Shown here piece after piece: positions 29,218 to 38,617 of a DNA stretch of 64,000 nucleotides; positions within the stretch are counted from its first letter, which is position 1, and every line of letters starts with the position of its first letter. The position numbers and the translations under genes are program-made. Source of the DNA: Clostridia bacterium (GTDB lineage Bacteria; Bacillota; Clostridia; Christensenellales; UBA1242); the NCBI GenBank assembly GCA_045651685.1, contig JAZRSV010000005.1, forward strand, positions 13,592-77,591. The letters run 5' to 3'. The notes beneath the pieces are model-generated. The model did no database searches. It was not told the origin of the DNA and saw nothing but the letters and a program-made list of their open reading frames with translations.

Positions 29218-29992
29218 AACTTTTAACTTTTATAAAAGAAACCTAAAAGAAATTTTAAGGGACCCTATTATTTATATTTTTTGTTTAGGTTTTCCTATTG
29301 CCATGTTTTTGTTGTTTTATCTAATAAGCAGCTTTAGTGGCGAGCAGTTGCCAACTTTCGAATTATTATCATTATTACCTGGCATAATGGTTTTTTCATA
29401 TTCGTTTGTTATGCTAACTCTTGCAATTGTCGTATCTAAAGATAGACAAACATTTTTCTTAAAACGCCTATACTCTTCTCCAATGAAGTCTTATGATTTT
29501 ATTTTAGGATATTTTCTTGTAGGCTTGTTTATAGGCTTATTACAAAGCATTGTTTGCATCATAGCTGGGTTAATAATTGCACTAATAACCAATGCTGCCT
29601 TTGTATCTATAGGCAATATATTACTTTTGATAATTGCACAACTACCTATACTTATAACGAATATCTTTTTGGGCATATTATTTGGCACATTATTTAATGA
29701 CAAATCTGCCCCTGGTATTTGTTCGTTATTTATCAGTTTATCTGGCATAATCGGAGGCTGCTGGATGCCTCTAGAAACAATGGGTGGATTTGCAACTTTT
29801 TGTAGATTTTTACCATTTTACCCATCAGTTTATATAGGTAGAACAATCACAAACGCTACTAACGCATTTGGCTTTAACTATGTTTTTGATAGTGTGGCAA
29901 GTTTAGGTATGATACCAATATTTGTCTTTATGTTTGCTAGCATTATCTTAACTATTATTACCTTTAAGAAAAGTATGGTTAGTGACAAATAA
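29210..29992 (+). CDS. ABC-2 exporter permease
   Basis: About six hydrophobic segments, ILRDP, LKRLYSSP, GGCWMP. Confidence 0.88.
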   Translation: MNKTFNFYKRNLKEILRDPIIYIFCLGFPIAMFLLFYLISSFSGEQLPTFELLSLLPGIMVFSYSFVMLTLAIVVSKDRQTFFLKRLYSSPMKSYDFILGYFLVGLFIGLLQSIVCIIAGLIIALITNAAFVSIGNILLLIIAQLPILITNIFLGILFGTLFNDKSAPGICSLFISLSGIIGGCWMPLETMGGFATFCRFLPFYPSVYIGRTITNATNAFGFNYVFDSVASLGMIPIFVFMFASIILTIITFKKSMVSDK

Positions 29993-30011
29993 CCCATATA
30001 GGAGAAAAACA

Positions 30012-30521
30012 ATGATAAAGACAAAAAGACTTTTTATCACACACTTTACCCCAGATATGGCAAAAGCGGTACACCTTAACTCTCTTGACGAAGATAATAA
30101 AAAATTTAATCCTAACGAAGTATTTGAAACACTAAAAGATGCACAAAGTGTAGTTGAGTTTCTTATAAGTGTTTATAAAAATGGCAATGGTCCTTTAGCA
30201 TACCCTATCTTACTTAAAGACAACACAAACATAGGATATGTTCAGGCAGTGCCTATAAAAAACGAGTCATGGGAGATTGGCTACCATGTTGCAAAAGAAT
30301 ATACAAACAACGGCTACGCAACAGAAGCAGTAAAAGCTTTTTTGCCCAATATAATGCAACAACTTAACATAAAAACAATATACGGCATATGTATCGCCGA
30401 AAACATTGCCTCAATAAAAGTTTTAGAAAAAACAGGTTTTGTAAAAGAATTTGAAGGCATTGGTACATATCAAGGCAAAAAAAGAAATATTTGTAAGTAT
30501 ATTTATAAATTAACTCAATAA
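30012..30521 (+). CDS. RimJ/RimL-type GNAT acetyltransferase
   Basis: IKTKRL, EIGYHV..EYTNNGYATEAV, ENIASIKVLEKTGF. Confidence 0.9.
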   Translation: MIKTKRLFITHFTPDMAKAVHLNSLDEDNKKFNPNEVFETLKDAQSVVEFLISVYKNGNGPLAYPILLKDNTNIGYVQAVPIKNESWEIGYHVAKEYTNNGYATEAVKAFLPNIMQQLNIKTIYGICIAENIASIKVLEKTGFVKEFEGIGTYQGKKRNICKYIYKLTQ

Positions 30522-30533
30522 ACCAATATTAAT

Positions 30534-30568
30534 AAAAAAGAGCATTCATTGTTTTGAATGCTCTTTTT
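30534..30568. terminator. Bidirectional terminator between the GNAT gene and tyrS
   Basis: AAAAAAGAGCATTCA...TGAATGCTCTTTTT. Confidence 0.85.
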
Positions 30569-30586
30569 GTTTATATATTTTTACAA

Positions 30587-31831
30587 CTAAACCAAAGTCA
30601 CTTTTAAGAAGTTCTTTTTACCTTTTTTAAGAATAATATAACCTTCTTCAAAGTCTTTTTCGGTCAAAACTTGATTAAAGTCTTTTACCTTAACATCGTT
30701 AATAGCTAGACCATTTTGCTCTACAAGTCTTCTTGCTTCTGACTTTGATGCAACAAAGTTAGTAATTGTTGTCACCAACTCTACAACCTTAAGGTCTTTT
30801 AGGTCAGCTTTTGCAAGATCATAATTTGGCACATTTGTTAGATCAATGCCACCTTGGAACAAAGCTTGAGAAGCTTGCTCTGCAATTTTTGCATCTTCTT
30901 CGCCACGAACAAACTTTGTTATTTCGTATGAAAGAACTTTTTTGGCATTGACAATATCATCTGCAATAAGCTTTCTTACAGTTGCCATATCAATATCTGT
31001 AAATAGCGCAAACATCATCTCTACACAAGCATCTGGTGTTTGGTATACACCTTGGTAAAAATCATATGCAGAAATTTTGTCTTTATCAATCCAGATAGCA
31101 CCTTTTTCGGTTTTGCCCATCTTTTTGCCTTCTGGAGTAAGTAGCAATGGATTAGTTGCACCAACAAGTTGAACATTGGTATTGTTAGCAAAGTTAAGTT
31201 TGCGTTGCAACTCAACACCAGCAACAATATTGCCCCATTGATCGCCACCACCATATTGCAAAGTACAGCCATACTCTCTATTAAGGTGTACAAAATCATA
31301 TGCTTGCATTAACATATAACCCATCTCAAAGAATGTTAAGCCACCCTCTTCTATACGGTTAGCATATATCTCGTTAGATAGCATTTTGTTTACATTAAAG
31401 TGTACGCCTATCTCTCTCATAAAGTCGATATAGTCATAACCCTTAAACCAATCAGCATTGTTAACAATAATAGCAGGATTGTCACCTTCGAAGTTCAAAA
31501 ATACCTTAAGAGTGTTTTTTATCTTTTCGATATTTTGGCTAATTTGTTCTTTTGTTAACATTTTACGAAGTTCTGTTCTGCCAGAAGGATCACCAACACA
31601 TGCAGTTGCGCCACCCATTAACAACAAAACCTTGTGACCAGCTTGTTGAAAGCGTCTCAAAATGCAGTATGGTACGCAGTGTCCAATATGCAAGCTATCT
31701 GCTGTAGGGTCTGTACCTTCGTACAAAGTAATTGGCTTGCCACTTTCTAACATTTCTTTTAGTGCCTTTTCGTCTGTACATTGGTACAAAAGGCCTCTTT
31801 CTTTTAGTGTTTCAAATAATTTTGTATCCAT
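30587..31831 (-). CDS. tyrS: Tyrosine--tRNA ligase
   Basis: DPTADSLHIGH, GGGDQWGNI, KMGKT, C-terminal S4 domain. Confidence 0.97.
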   Translation of the reverse strand: MDTKLFETLKERGLLYQCTDEKALKEMLESGKPITLYEGTDPTADSLHIGHCVPYCILRRFQQAGHKVLLLMGGATACVGDPSGRTELRKMLTKEQISQNIEKIKNTLKVFLNFEGDNPAIIVNNADWFKGYDYIDFMREIGVHFNVNKMLSNEIYANRIEEGGLTFFEMGYMLMQAYDFVHLNREYGCTLQYGGGDQWGNIVAGVELQRKLNFANNTNVQLVGATNPLLLTPEGKKMGKTEKGAIWIDKDKISAYDFYQGVYQTPDACVEMMFALFTDIDMATVRKLIADDIVNAKKVLSYEITKFVRGEEDAKIAEQASQALFQGGIDLTNVPNYDLAKADLKDLKVVELVTTITNFVASKSEARRLVEQNGLAINDVKVKDFNQVLTEKDFEEGYIILKKGKKNFLKVTLV

Positions 31832-31845
31832 AATCAATCCTTTTA

Positions 31846-32075
31846 ATAAAAAAAGCACACCATCCTCAAAATTTTAAGGACGAAGTGTGCTTTCGTGGTA
31901 CCACCTTAATTTATCTAAAACAAATTTTAGACCTCTATTTATCTTTTTGTAGCAAAAAATAAAAAACTCTTTGCTCGTGATATTGTAATTCAAAATTATT
32001 CTCTCAAAATCTTTCACCAACCGATTTCTCTCTATATCAAGCGATAACTTCTACTATGTATCAGTCTCTGCAAAT
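31846..32075 (-). ncRNA. T-box riboswitch (Tyr specifier)
   Basis: T-box AAGGTGGTACCACG (31894-31907); terminator GCACAC.TCGTCCT/GAGGATGGTGTGC + T-run; stem I AGAGA and GGTTGGTGAAA; specifier GAAT-TAC (31985-31987); promoter TTGACA-16-TACAAT. Confidence 0.92.
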
Positions 32076-32120
32076 ATTTAACTATGTATTATTGTAAACA
32101 TTTTTTATATTTTGTCAAGG

Positions 32121-32471
32121 CTAAAAGGCATCTTTTATATGTGTTATTTTACAATCTTTTTTGTCACCGACAATTTCTATCACATCAAATCTAACAGACA
32201 TATCTGATAAACCTTTTGCCTTAAGATAAGCTGTGGTAGTTAGCCTTATTTTGTTTTGTTTTTTACAATCAACCGCTTCTCTAGGATATCCAAATTTTAA
32301 CGAAGATCGCGTCTTTACCTCTACCACAACCAACACATCATTATCATATGCAACAATATCAAGCTCACCTATTTTGTTGGTTATATTGCATTGTATATTT
32401 TTATAACCTAGTTGCTTTAAGTACTTTACCGCCAAAGCTTCGCCAATATTACCTATTTCTTTGTTAATCAT
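32121..32471 (-). CDS. yraN: YraN family (UPF0102) nuclease
   Basis: GE.LA..YL, GELDIVA, VEVKTR, RFDVIEI. Confidence 0.93.
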   Translation of the reverse strand: MINKEIGNIGEALAVKYLKQLGYKNIQCNITNKIGELDIVAYDNDVLVVVEVKTRSSLKFGYPREAVDCKKQNKIRLTTTAYLKAKGLSDMSVRFDVIEIVGDKKDCKITHIKDAF

Positions 32472-33078
32472 TTTTACCTACAAAATTTTTTATAAAACTA
32501 TCTCTATGAATATCGCATTTGCCATATTGCTTTAATGCGTCTATGTGTGCTTTTGTTCCATAGCCTTTGTGCTTTTCAAAACCATATTGCGGATATGTCT
32601 TTGCATACTCTAACATCAATCTATCACGATATACTTTGGCCAAAATGCTAGCAGCTGCAATGTTATAACTCTTTGCATCGCCTTTTATAATACTCTCTTG
32701 CATAACATCTATATCTAACTTAACAGCATCTATCAAAACCACATCTGGCACAATATTTAAGTTTTTTACAGCCATTTTCATGCCTAATTTTGTAGCATTA
32801 AGAATATTAATATCATCTATAGTATCTTTGTCAATCGCAACTATACTATAAGAGACTGCTGTTTTAATAATTTGTTCGTACAAAGCTTCACGCTTTTTTT
32901 CGGTCAACTTTTTGCTATCATTAATACCATCAATTATTTTGTCAGACTGAAGTGGCATAATAACACACGCACACACAACAGGTCCAGCAAGTGGTCCCCT
33001 GCCGGCTTCGTCAATGCCAGCAATATACGATAGATGTTTATATTTATTTTCGTACTCAAACATATCTTTTGTAGTCAT
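32464..33078 (-). CDS. rnhB: Ribonuclease HII
   Basis: GIDEAGRGPLAGPV, DSKKL, AAASILAKV.RD. Confidence 0.97.
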   Translation of the reverse strand: MTTKDMFEYENKYKHLSYIAGIDEAGRGPLAGPVVCACVIMPLQSDKIIDGINDSKKLTEKKREALYEQIIKTAVSYSIVAIDKDTIDDINILNATKLGMKMAVKNLNIVPDVVLIDAVKLDIDVMQESIIKGDAKSYNIAAASILAKVYRDRLMLEYAKTYPQYGFEKHKGYGTKAHIDALKQYGKCDIHRDSFIKNFVGKND

Positions 33079-33910
33079 CTAAAATAATCTTCCCAAACTT
33101 ACCTTTTCTAAAATCATCAACTATCATACGAGCACATCTATCATAGTCTGGCTCATTGCCTTTTAGTACACACTTTCTTGCAAAGCATATATCATCAAAA
33201 ATTTCGATTATTTCTTGCTCGTCTGTTATTTCGATATTATATCTTTCACACAAAACATCGCGTTTTAGGTCCTTAAAATCTCTCAAAAGGTTGAAAGCAA
33301 GATCGTTGATATCTAAAACATCGTCTTTAATACTGCCGATATAAGCTAAATTTTTGGCTATATTTTGATCTTCAAAACTTGGCCATAATGTACCCGGCAT
33401 ATCCAAAACTTCTATACCATTGTCAATGGTCACCCATTGTTTGCCTTTGGTCACACCAGGTCTATTGCCGGTCACTGCTCTAGCAACACCGCAAAGGTTA
33501 TTTACCAAAGTGCTCTTGCCGCTATTTGGCACACCAACAACCATAGCTCTAATAATTTTGTTAATATTTTTTGCCTTATAGCTATCTATCTTATCTTTCA
33601 TAAGTTTTTTGATAAGACCAACAATAACTTTGCAGCTGTTTGACGCTGTAGCATTAAGAGCAACAGCAACACTATCATTAGATGAAAAATATTGCACCCA
33701 TTTGTCAAGTTCTTGCTTATTTACAAGGTCACACTTGTTTAATACATATACAATTTTTTTATTACCAATAATAGAGTTTAGTTTTGGATTTTGACAAGAA
33801 TATGGCGCACGGCTATCCAAAACATATATAATAACATCTACAACTTTTAATTCTTTTTCTATAACTCTCAAGGCCTTTGTCATATGCCCAGGAAACCATT
33901 GTATAACCAT
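33056..33910 (-). CDS. rbgA: Ribosome biogenesis GTPase RbgA/YlqF
   Basis: IQWFPGHM, NKCDL, GVPNSGKS, PGVT, DMPG. Confidence 0.95.
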   Translation of the reverse strand: MVIQWFPGHMTKALRVIEKELKVVDVIIYVLDSRAPYSCQNPKLNSIIGNKKIVYVLNKCDLVNKQELDKWVQYFSSNDSVAVALNATASNSCKVIVGLIKKLMKDKIDSYKAKNINKIIRAMVVGVPNSGKSTLVNNLCGVARAVTGNRPGVTKGKQWVTIDNGIEVLDMPGTLWPSFEDQNIAKNLAYIGSIKDDVLDINDLAFNLLRDFKDLKRDVLCERYNIEITDEQEIIEIFDDICFARKCVLKGNEPDYDRCARMIVDDFRKGKFGKIILDDYKRYV

Positions 33911-33923
33911 AAACTCTCCTTTT

Positions 33924-34604
33924 TTAATTATCTTTATTATCAAGTAAGTCTGGACGGTATTTTTCTGTTTCTAACAATCTTTGTTCAGACTTCCATTTTT
34001 CTATCTCTGCGTGGTTGCCACTTAACAAAATTTCTGGGACTCTTAATCCCATAAATTCTTGTGGTCTTGTGTATTGCGGATACTCTAACAAGCCATTGCT
34101 AAAACTCTCGTCATCTGTACTTGTGCTATTGTGCAAAACACCCTCGATATATCTACTAACACTATCAACCAAAACCATTGCAGGTATCTCGCCACCTGTC
34201 AAAACATAGTCACCAATACTAATTTGCTCGTTGACACATAGCTTGATTATTCTTTCATCCAAGCCTTCGTAGTGGCCACAAATAATAACCAAGTGTTTTA
34301 CTGTTTTTGCAAGTTCAATTACTTTTTTTTGCTTAAGAACAGTGCCTTTTGGCGACATGTATACAACATAGCTATCTGGTGTCACAACGCTTTGTATGGC
34401 GTCATAAATAGGTTGTGGAGTAAGCACCATGCCTGCACCACCACTAAAAGCATAGTCGTCTACTTTTTTGTGTTTGTTTTTAGAAAAGTCTCTAAAATTA
34501 ACAATATTAATATCAAGCAAATTGTTGTCTTGAGCTCTCTTTAGCAAGCTTGCATTGATAGCAGAAAACATCTCTGGAAAAAGCGTCAAAATGTCTATTT
34601 TCAT
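33924..34604 (-). CDS. trmD: tRNA (guanine37-N1) methyltransferase
   Basis: LTLFPE, CGHYEGLDER, SIGDYVLTGGE. Confidence 0.97.
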   Translation of the reverse strand: MKIDILTLFPEMFSAINASLLKRAQDNNLLDINIVNFRDFSKNKHKKVDDYAFSGGAGMVLTPQPIYDAIQSVVTPDSYVVYMSPKGTVLKQKKVIELAKTVKHLVIICGHYEGLDERIIKLCVNEQISIGDYVLTGGEIPAMVLVDSVSRYIEGVLHNSTSTDDESFSNGLLEYPQYTRPQEFMGLRVPEILLSGNHAEIEKWKSEQRLLETEKYRPDLLDNKDN

Positions 34605-35098
34605 ACACGCACCTCTTCTAAAACTTTGCTATCTACGGTCAAAGTTCTTGTATCATAATCAACACTAACTATTAAACTTTTGATAAATGGGAAAGAAAAT
34701 ACCCCTTGTCTACCATAAACAACATAAACATCAGCAGCACCATATTGTTCAATATCTTTGATATTGCCAAGTTCTACCCCGTTATCATCTACCACTCGCA
34801 TACCAAGCATATCTTCTACAAGGTATTCGTGTTCATTTAGTGTTGGGCCATTATCACGAGTGACTTTAAGTATTTTGCCTCTAAAGTTTTCGGCTTGAGT
34901 TCTGTCGGTCAAACCTTTTATTGTGATATAACCAAAACCTTGTCTAACAACACAATGTTCTACCTCATGTGTAGTATTGCCTATTATTACTTCTTTTAGG
35001 CCTTTGTAAAAGGCATCATCTTGCATATAAACTTCTAACTTTAGTTCACCCTTTACGCCTTGTGGCTTTAGTACTTTTGCAATAGTTATAGTGTCCAT
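34601..35098 (-). CDS. rimM: 16S rRNA processing protein RimM
   Basis: KPQGVKGELK, PRC barrel (LGNIKDI..YGAADVY); ATG at 35098. Confidence 0.93.
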   Translation of the reverse strand: MDTITIAKVLKPQGVKGELKLEVYMQDDAFYKGLKEVIIGNTTHEVEHCVVRQGFGYITIKGLTDRTQAENFRGKILKVTRDNGPTLNEHEYLVEDMLGMRVVDDNGVELGNIKDIEQYGAADVYVVYGRQGVFSFPFIKSLIVSVDYDTRTLTVDSKVLEEVRV

Positions 35099-35174
35099 TT
35101 TATTTCTCCTACGATATTTTAACACAAAAAATTTGCATATGCAAAATATTTTATTGATATACCTTATCAAAAAC

Positions 35175-35203
35175 AAAAAACAACGGCATAACCGTTGTTT
35201 TTA
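35175..35203 (-). terminator. Terminator after khpA
   Basis: AAAAACAACGG-cataa-CCGTTGTTTTT. Confidence 0.75.
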
Positions 35204-35210
35204 TAGCAAG

Positions 35211-35438
35211 TTATTTTACTTTAATAACATATCTTGCACGACTTCTTGCAGAAGCAGAACGAACAATGTTGCGAATGCTTTGAACAATCTTGCCGTTTTT
35301 GCCAATTACTTTACCCATATCGTCTGGGTTAACAGTCACTGTTATAACTGTCACTTTGCCATCTACTGCAGATTCTACAACAACATCGTCTTTGTTTTCT
35401 ACAAGGTTTTTTACGATATATTCTACAAAACTTTCCAT
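35211..35438 (-). CDS. khpA: KH-domain RNA-binding protein KhpA
   Basis: DMGKVIGKNG; between rpsP and rimM. Confidence 0.92.
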   Translation of the reverse strand: MESFVEYIVKNLVENKDDVVVESAVDGKVTVITVTVNPDDMGKVIGKNGKIVQSIRNIVRSASARSRARYVIKVK

Positions 35439-35455
35439 ATTATTCTCCTAAAAGA

Positions 35456-35761
35456 TTAAGCGTTTTTGCTTTCTTTTTTAGGTGCAGTAACTTTCTTTGA
35501 AGTATAAGGTTTTGCATCTTTAACGATACCAGCCTTAACCAAAAGTGTACGCGCTGTCTCTGTAGGTTGAGCACCATTTTTGATCCATTGAGCTGTTTTG
35601 TCAGCATCAAGTTTGATTTCTACAGGTTCTTTAAGAGGGTTAAAATAACCTAGTGTATCGATAACTTTACCATCTCTTGCTGTTCTAGAATCAGCAACAA
35701 CTACTCTGTAGAATGGTGATTTTTTGTCGCCCATACGAGTTAATCTAATTTTAACTGCCAT
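35456..35761 (-). CDS. rpsP: 30S ribosomal protein S16
   Basis: [29 protein letters not shown]. Confidence 0.98.
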   Translation of the reverse strand: MAVKIRLTRMGDKKSPFYRVVVADSRTARDGKVIDTLGYFNPLKEPVEIKLDADKTAQWIKNGAQPTETARTLLVKAGIVKDAKPYTSKKVTAPKKESKNA

Positions 35762-35830
35762 TATAAAAATTCTCCTTTTGTTGTTTTTTATATATTAAAT
35801 TTGAAAATATATAACTAATTAATCTTTGCT

Positions 35831-37150
35831 TTAGAACAAACCTCTAAAAGCACCTTTTTTCTTGCCATTAATTTGCTTCATAAGTTCTTTTGATTGTTCA
35901 AACTGTTTTAGCAATCTATTGACATCTTGTATTTGAGTACCACTACCAGCAGCTATACGCTTCTTTTGACCCGCTTTAATAAGTTCAGGGTTGCGACGCT
36001 CTCTAGGAGTCATACTTTGAATAATAGCTTTGTTTCTTGCAAGTTCTTTTTCGTCTACTTGTACGCCTTTTAGCTTATTACTTACACCAGGTATCATCGA
36101 AATAATATCATTGATGTCACCCATCTTTTTGATACTTTCTACCTGTGCCAAATAATCTTCAAATGTAAAGCTATTTTCTCTAAATTTCTTTTCTAGTTCT
36201 TTTGCTTCTTGCTCGGTCACAGCACTTTGTGCTTTTTCGATAAGTGTAAGCACATCACCCATGCCCAAAATTCTAGAAGCCATACGGTCTGGATAAAAAG
36301 GTTCGATATCACCAATTTTTTCTCCGACACCACAGAACTTAATTGGCTTGCCGGTCACCTCTCTGATAGACAATGCTGCACCACCACGAGTGTCACCATC
36401 AAGTTTTGTCAAGATAACGCCAGTGATGTCTAGGTCTTCGTTAAACTTTTGAGCAACATTGACAGACTCTTGACCAAGCATCGCATCTACAGTAAGTAAG
36501 ATTTCGGTAGGTGCAACTGCCTTTTTGATTTCTTTAAGTTCGTTCATCAATTCTTCATTGATAGAAAGTCTACCTGCAGTATCGATGATGACTGTGTCAT
36601 ACATCATTTTGTTAGCATACTCAATAGCTTGCTTTGCAGTTTTTACAGGGCTTTGAGTACCCTTTTCAAAAACTTCTGCATTGGCAGCTTTGCCAACAAC
36701 GCACAATTGAGATATAGCAGCAGGTCTATAAATGTCACCAGCAACTAACAATGGTTTTTTGCCTTGACTCTTAAGATGCATAGCAAGTTTACCACACATA
36801 GTAGTTTTACCAGCACCTTGCAAACCACACATCATTATTACTGTTGGTGGATTAGAACTTACAGCCAGCTTTGAGTTATTGCTACCCATAAGAGCTGTTA
36901 ATTCTTCGTTAACGATTTTTATAACTTGTTGTCCAGGAGTCAAACTCTCTAAAATATTTTGGCCAAGTGCTTTTTCGCTTACAGAGTTAACAAACTTTTT
37001 TGCCACCAAAAAGTTAACATCAGCTTCGAGCAAAGCTACTCTAACTTCTCTCATGGCTTCTTTTATCTCTAACTCTGTTAGTCTGCCACGCTTGGTTAGT
37101 TTGCTAAAAATGTGATTAAGTCTCTGGCTCAATCCAGAAAATAAAGACAT
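35831..37150 (-). CDS. ffh: Signal recognition particle protein
   Basis: GLQGAGKTT, DTAGR, TKLDGD, M domain. Confidence 0.98.
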   Translation of the reverse strand: MSLFSGLSQRLNHIFSKLTKRGRLTELEIKEAMREVRVALLEADVNFLVAKKFVNSVSEKALGQNILESLTPGQQVIKIVNEELTALMGSNNSKLAVSSNPPTVIMMCGLQGAGKTTMCGKLAMHLKSQGKKPLLVAGDIYRPAAISQLCVVGKAANAEVFEKGTQSPVKTAKQAIEYANKMMYDTVIIDTAGRLSINEELMNELKEIKKAVAPTEILLTVDAMLGQESVNVAQKFNEDLDITGVILTKLDGDTRGGAALSIREVTGKPIKFCGVGEKIGDIEPFYPDRMASRILGMGDVLTLIEKAQSAVTEQEAKELEKKFRENSFTFEDYLAQVESIKKMGDINDIISMIPGVSNKLKGVQVDEKELARNKAIIQSMTPRERRNPELIKAGQKKRIAAGSGTQIQDVNRLLKQFEQSKELMKQINGKKKGAFRGLF

Positions 37151-37488
37151 TACATATCCTCCAAAATTTTGTTTAGAGCATCAATTAGTGACTGCTTGTC
37201 AATATTATCAATATTGTCCAAAACATCACCAACAGTCTGCTTAATTTTGTTAAATTTTTCTAACAAACCAAGTTTATTTTCATAATCGTTTAAGACATTA
37301 ACACTGCGCTTAATCAAATCATTAACTGCTTGCCTAGAAGAATTATGAGTTTGTGCAATTTCACTTATAGAGTTGTTGTCAAAGTAAAACTCGGACAAAA
37401 TTTCGCATTGTTTGTCTGTTAGCAAGTTTTGGTACATCTCTAACAACAAACTATCTCTTAAATTTTGCTGAATATCCATAAGACCCAA
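37150..37488 (-). CDS. ylxM: YlxM/p13 SRP regulator (start may be ATG 37479)
   Basis: LLTDKQ, SISEIA, SRQAV.D, YE.KLGL; immediately upstream of ffh. Confidence 0.9.
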   Translation of the reverse strand: MGLMDIQQNLRDSLLLEMYQNLLTDKQCEILSEFYFDNNSISEIAQTHNSSRQAVNDLIKRSVNVLNDYENKLGLLEKFNKIKQTVGDVLDNIDNIDKQSLIDALNKILEDM

Positions 37489-37579
37489 CCTTTGTCAAGT
37501 GAAATTACTTTACAATGCTATTATATACTTTTATAACTTGGTTGTCAACAGTATTTTTGAAAAAAATTTTTATAAAAAA

Positions 37580-38476
37580 CTAAAATATCGCCTCTACAAA
37601 ATCGTGCGCATTAAATTCGTCAAGGTCATCTATACCCTCACCAACACCGATAAAGCATACTGGCACATTTAGCTCTTGTACAATTTGAAAAACAACGCCA
37701 CCCTTGCTTGTACCATCAAGCTTGGTAAGAACAATACCATCAATACCTACAGCATCTTTGAAAGCGTTAACTTGAGCTATAGAATTTTGACCGATTGTAG
37801 CGTCTAGCACAATAAGATTTACAACTTTTGCATCAGCATACTCTCTTGCAATAACACGATTGATCTTTTTTAGCTCTTCCATAAGGTTAACTTTTGTGTG
37901 CAATCTACCTGCTGTATCTACAATAAGTACATCTGTCTTTTTTGCTTTTGCACTAGCTATACCATCATAAACAACAGCTGCAGCATCAGCACCTTCGGCA
38001 TGTTTTACAATTTTTACATCACTACGCTTTGCCCACTCGTTAAGTTGCTCGCTTGCTGCCGCTCTAAAAGTATCACCAGCTACCAAAGTGACAGATTTTT
38101 TTTGCTTTTTGAAATAGTTTGACAGTTTACCTATGGTTGTAGTTTTACCAACACCGTTTACGCCAACTACAGTTATTATTAAAGGATATTGCCACTCTAT
38201 TTTTTCTGCTTGCAAAAGGATATCTTCTAATACTTTTTTTAGAGCACCTTTTGCTTCTTCTGCCTTATAAATTTTTTGAGTTTTTATCTCTCTTTTTAGA
38301 TTACTAATAATCTCATTGGTAGTCTCGCTACCGATATCAGAACTAATTAGGATAAATTCTAACTCATCATAAAAGTCATCGTTAATTTCGCCCAAACCAA
38401 ACAAACTATTAAGTTTGTTAACAAAGGCATCTTTGGTCTTTTTTAGACCACCAACTAATTTTTGAAAAAACCCCAT
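37580..38476 (-). CDS. ftsY: SRP receptor FtsY
   Basis: GVNGVGKTTTIGKL, DTFRAAA, DTAGRL, TKLDG. Confidence 0.97.
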   Translation of the reverse strand: MGFFQKLVGGLKKTKDAFVNKLNSLFGLGEINDDFYDELEFILISSDIGSETTNEIISNLKREIKTQKIYKAEEAKGALKKVLEDILLQAEKIEWQYPLIITVVGVNGVGKTTTIGKLSNYFKKQKKSVTLVAGDTFRAAASEQLNEWAKRSDVKIVKHAEGADAAAVVYDGIASAKAKKTDVLIVDTAGRLHTKVNLMEELKKINRVIAREYADAKVVNLIVLDATIGQNSIAQVNAFKDAVGIDGIVLTKLDGTSKGGVVFQIVQELNVPVCFIGVGEGIDDLDEFNAHDFVEAIF

Positions 38477-38617
38477 AAAATCACCCTTTTTACATTAATA
38501 TATTAATTATAACTGTAAATATAAAAAAAAGCAAAAACAAATAACAAAATATTTTTTCAAAGAGAAATATTTAACCAAAAGCAACAAAAAAATGCCCTAT
38601 AAAGAGCATTTTTTATA

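Noticed and set aside
28200-30570. AbrB/MazE plus GNAT as a toxin-antitoxin pair or mobile element
   Set aside because: The GNAT is RimJ/RimL type and three genes away, AbrB-ABC-2 operons are common, and I found no integrase, transposase or flanking repeats.
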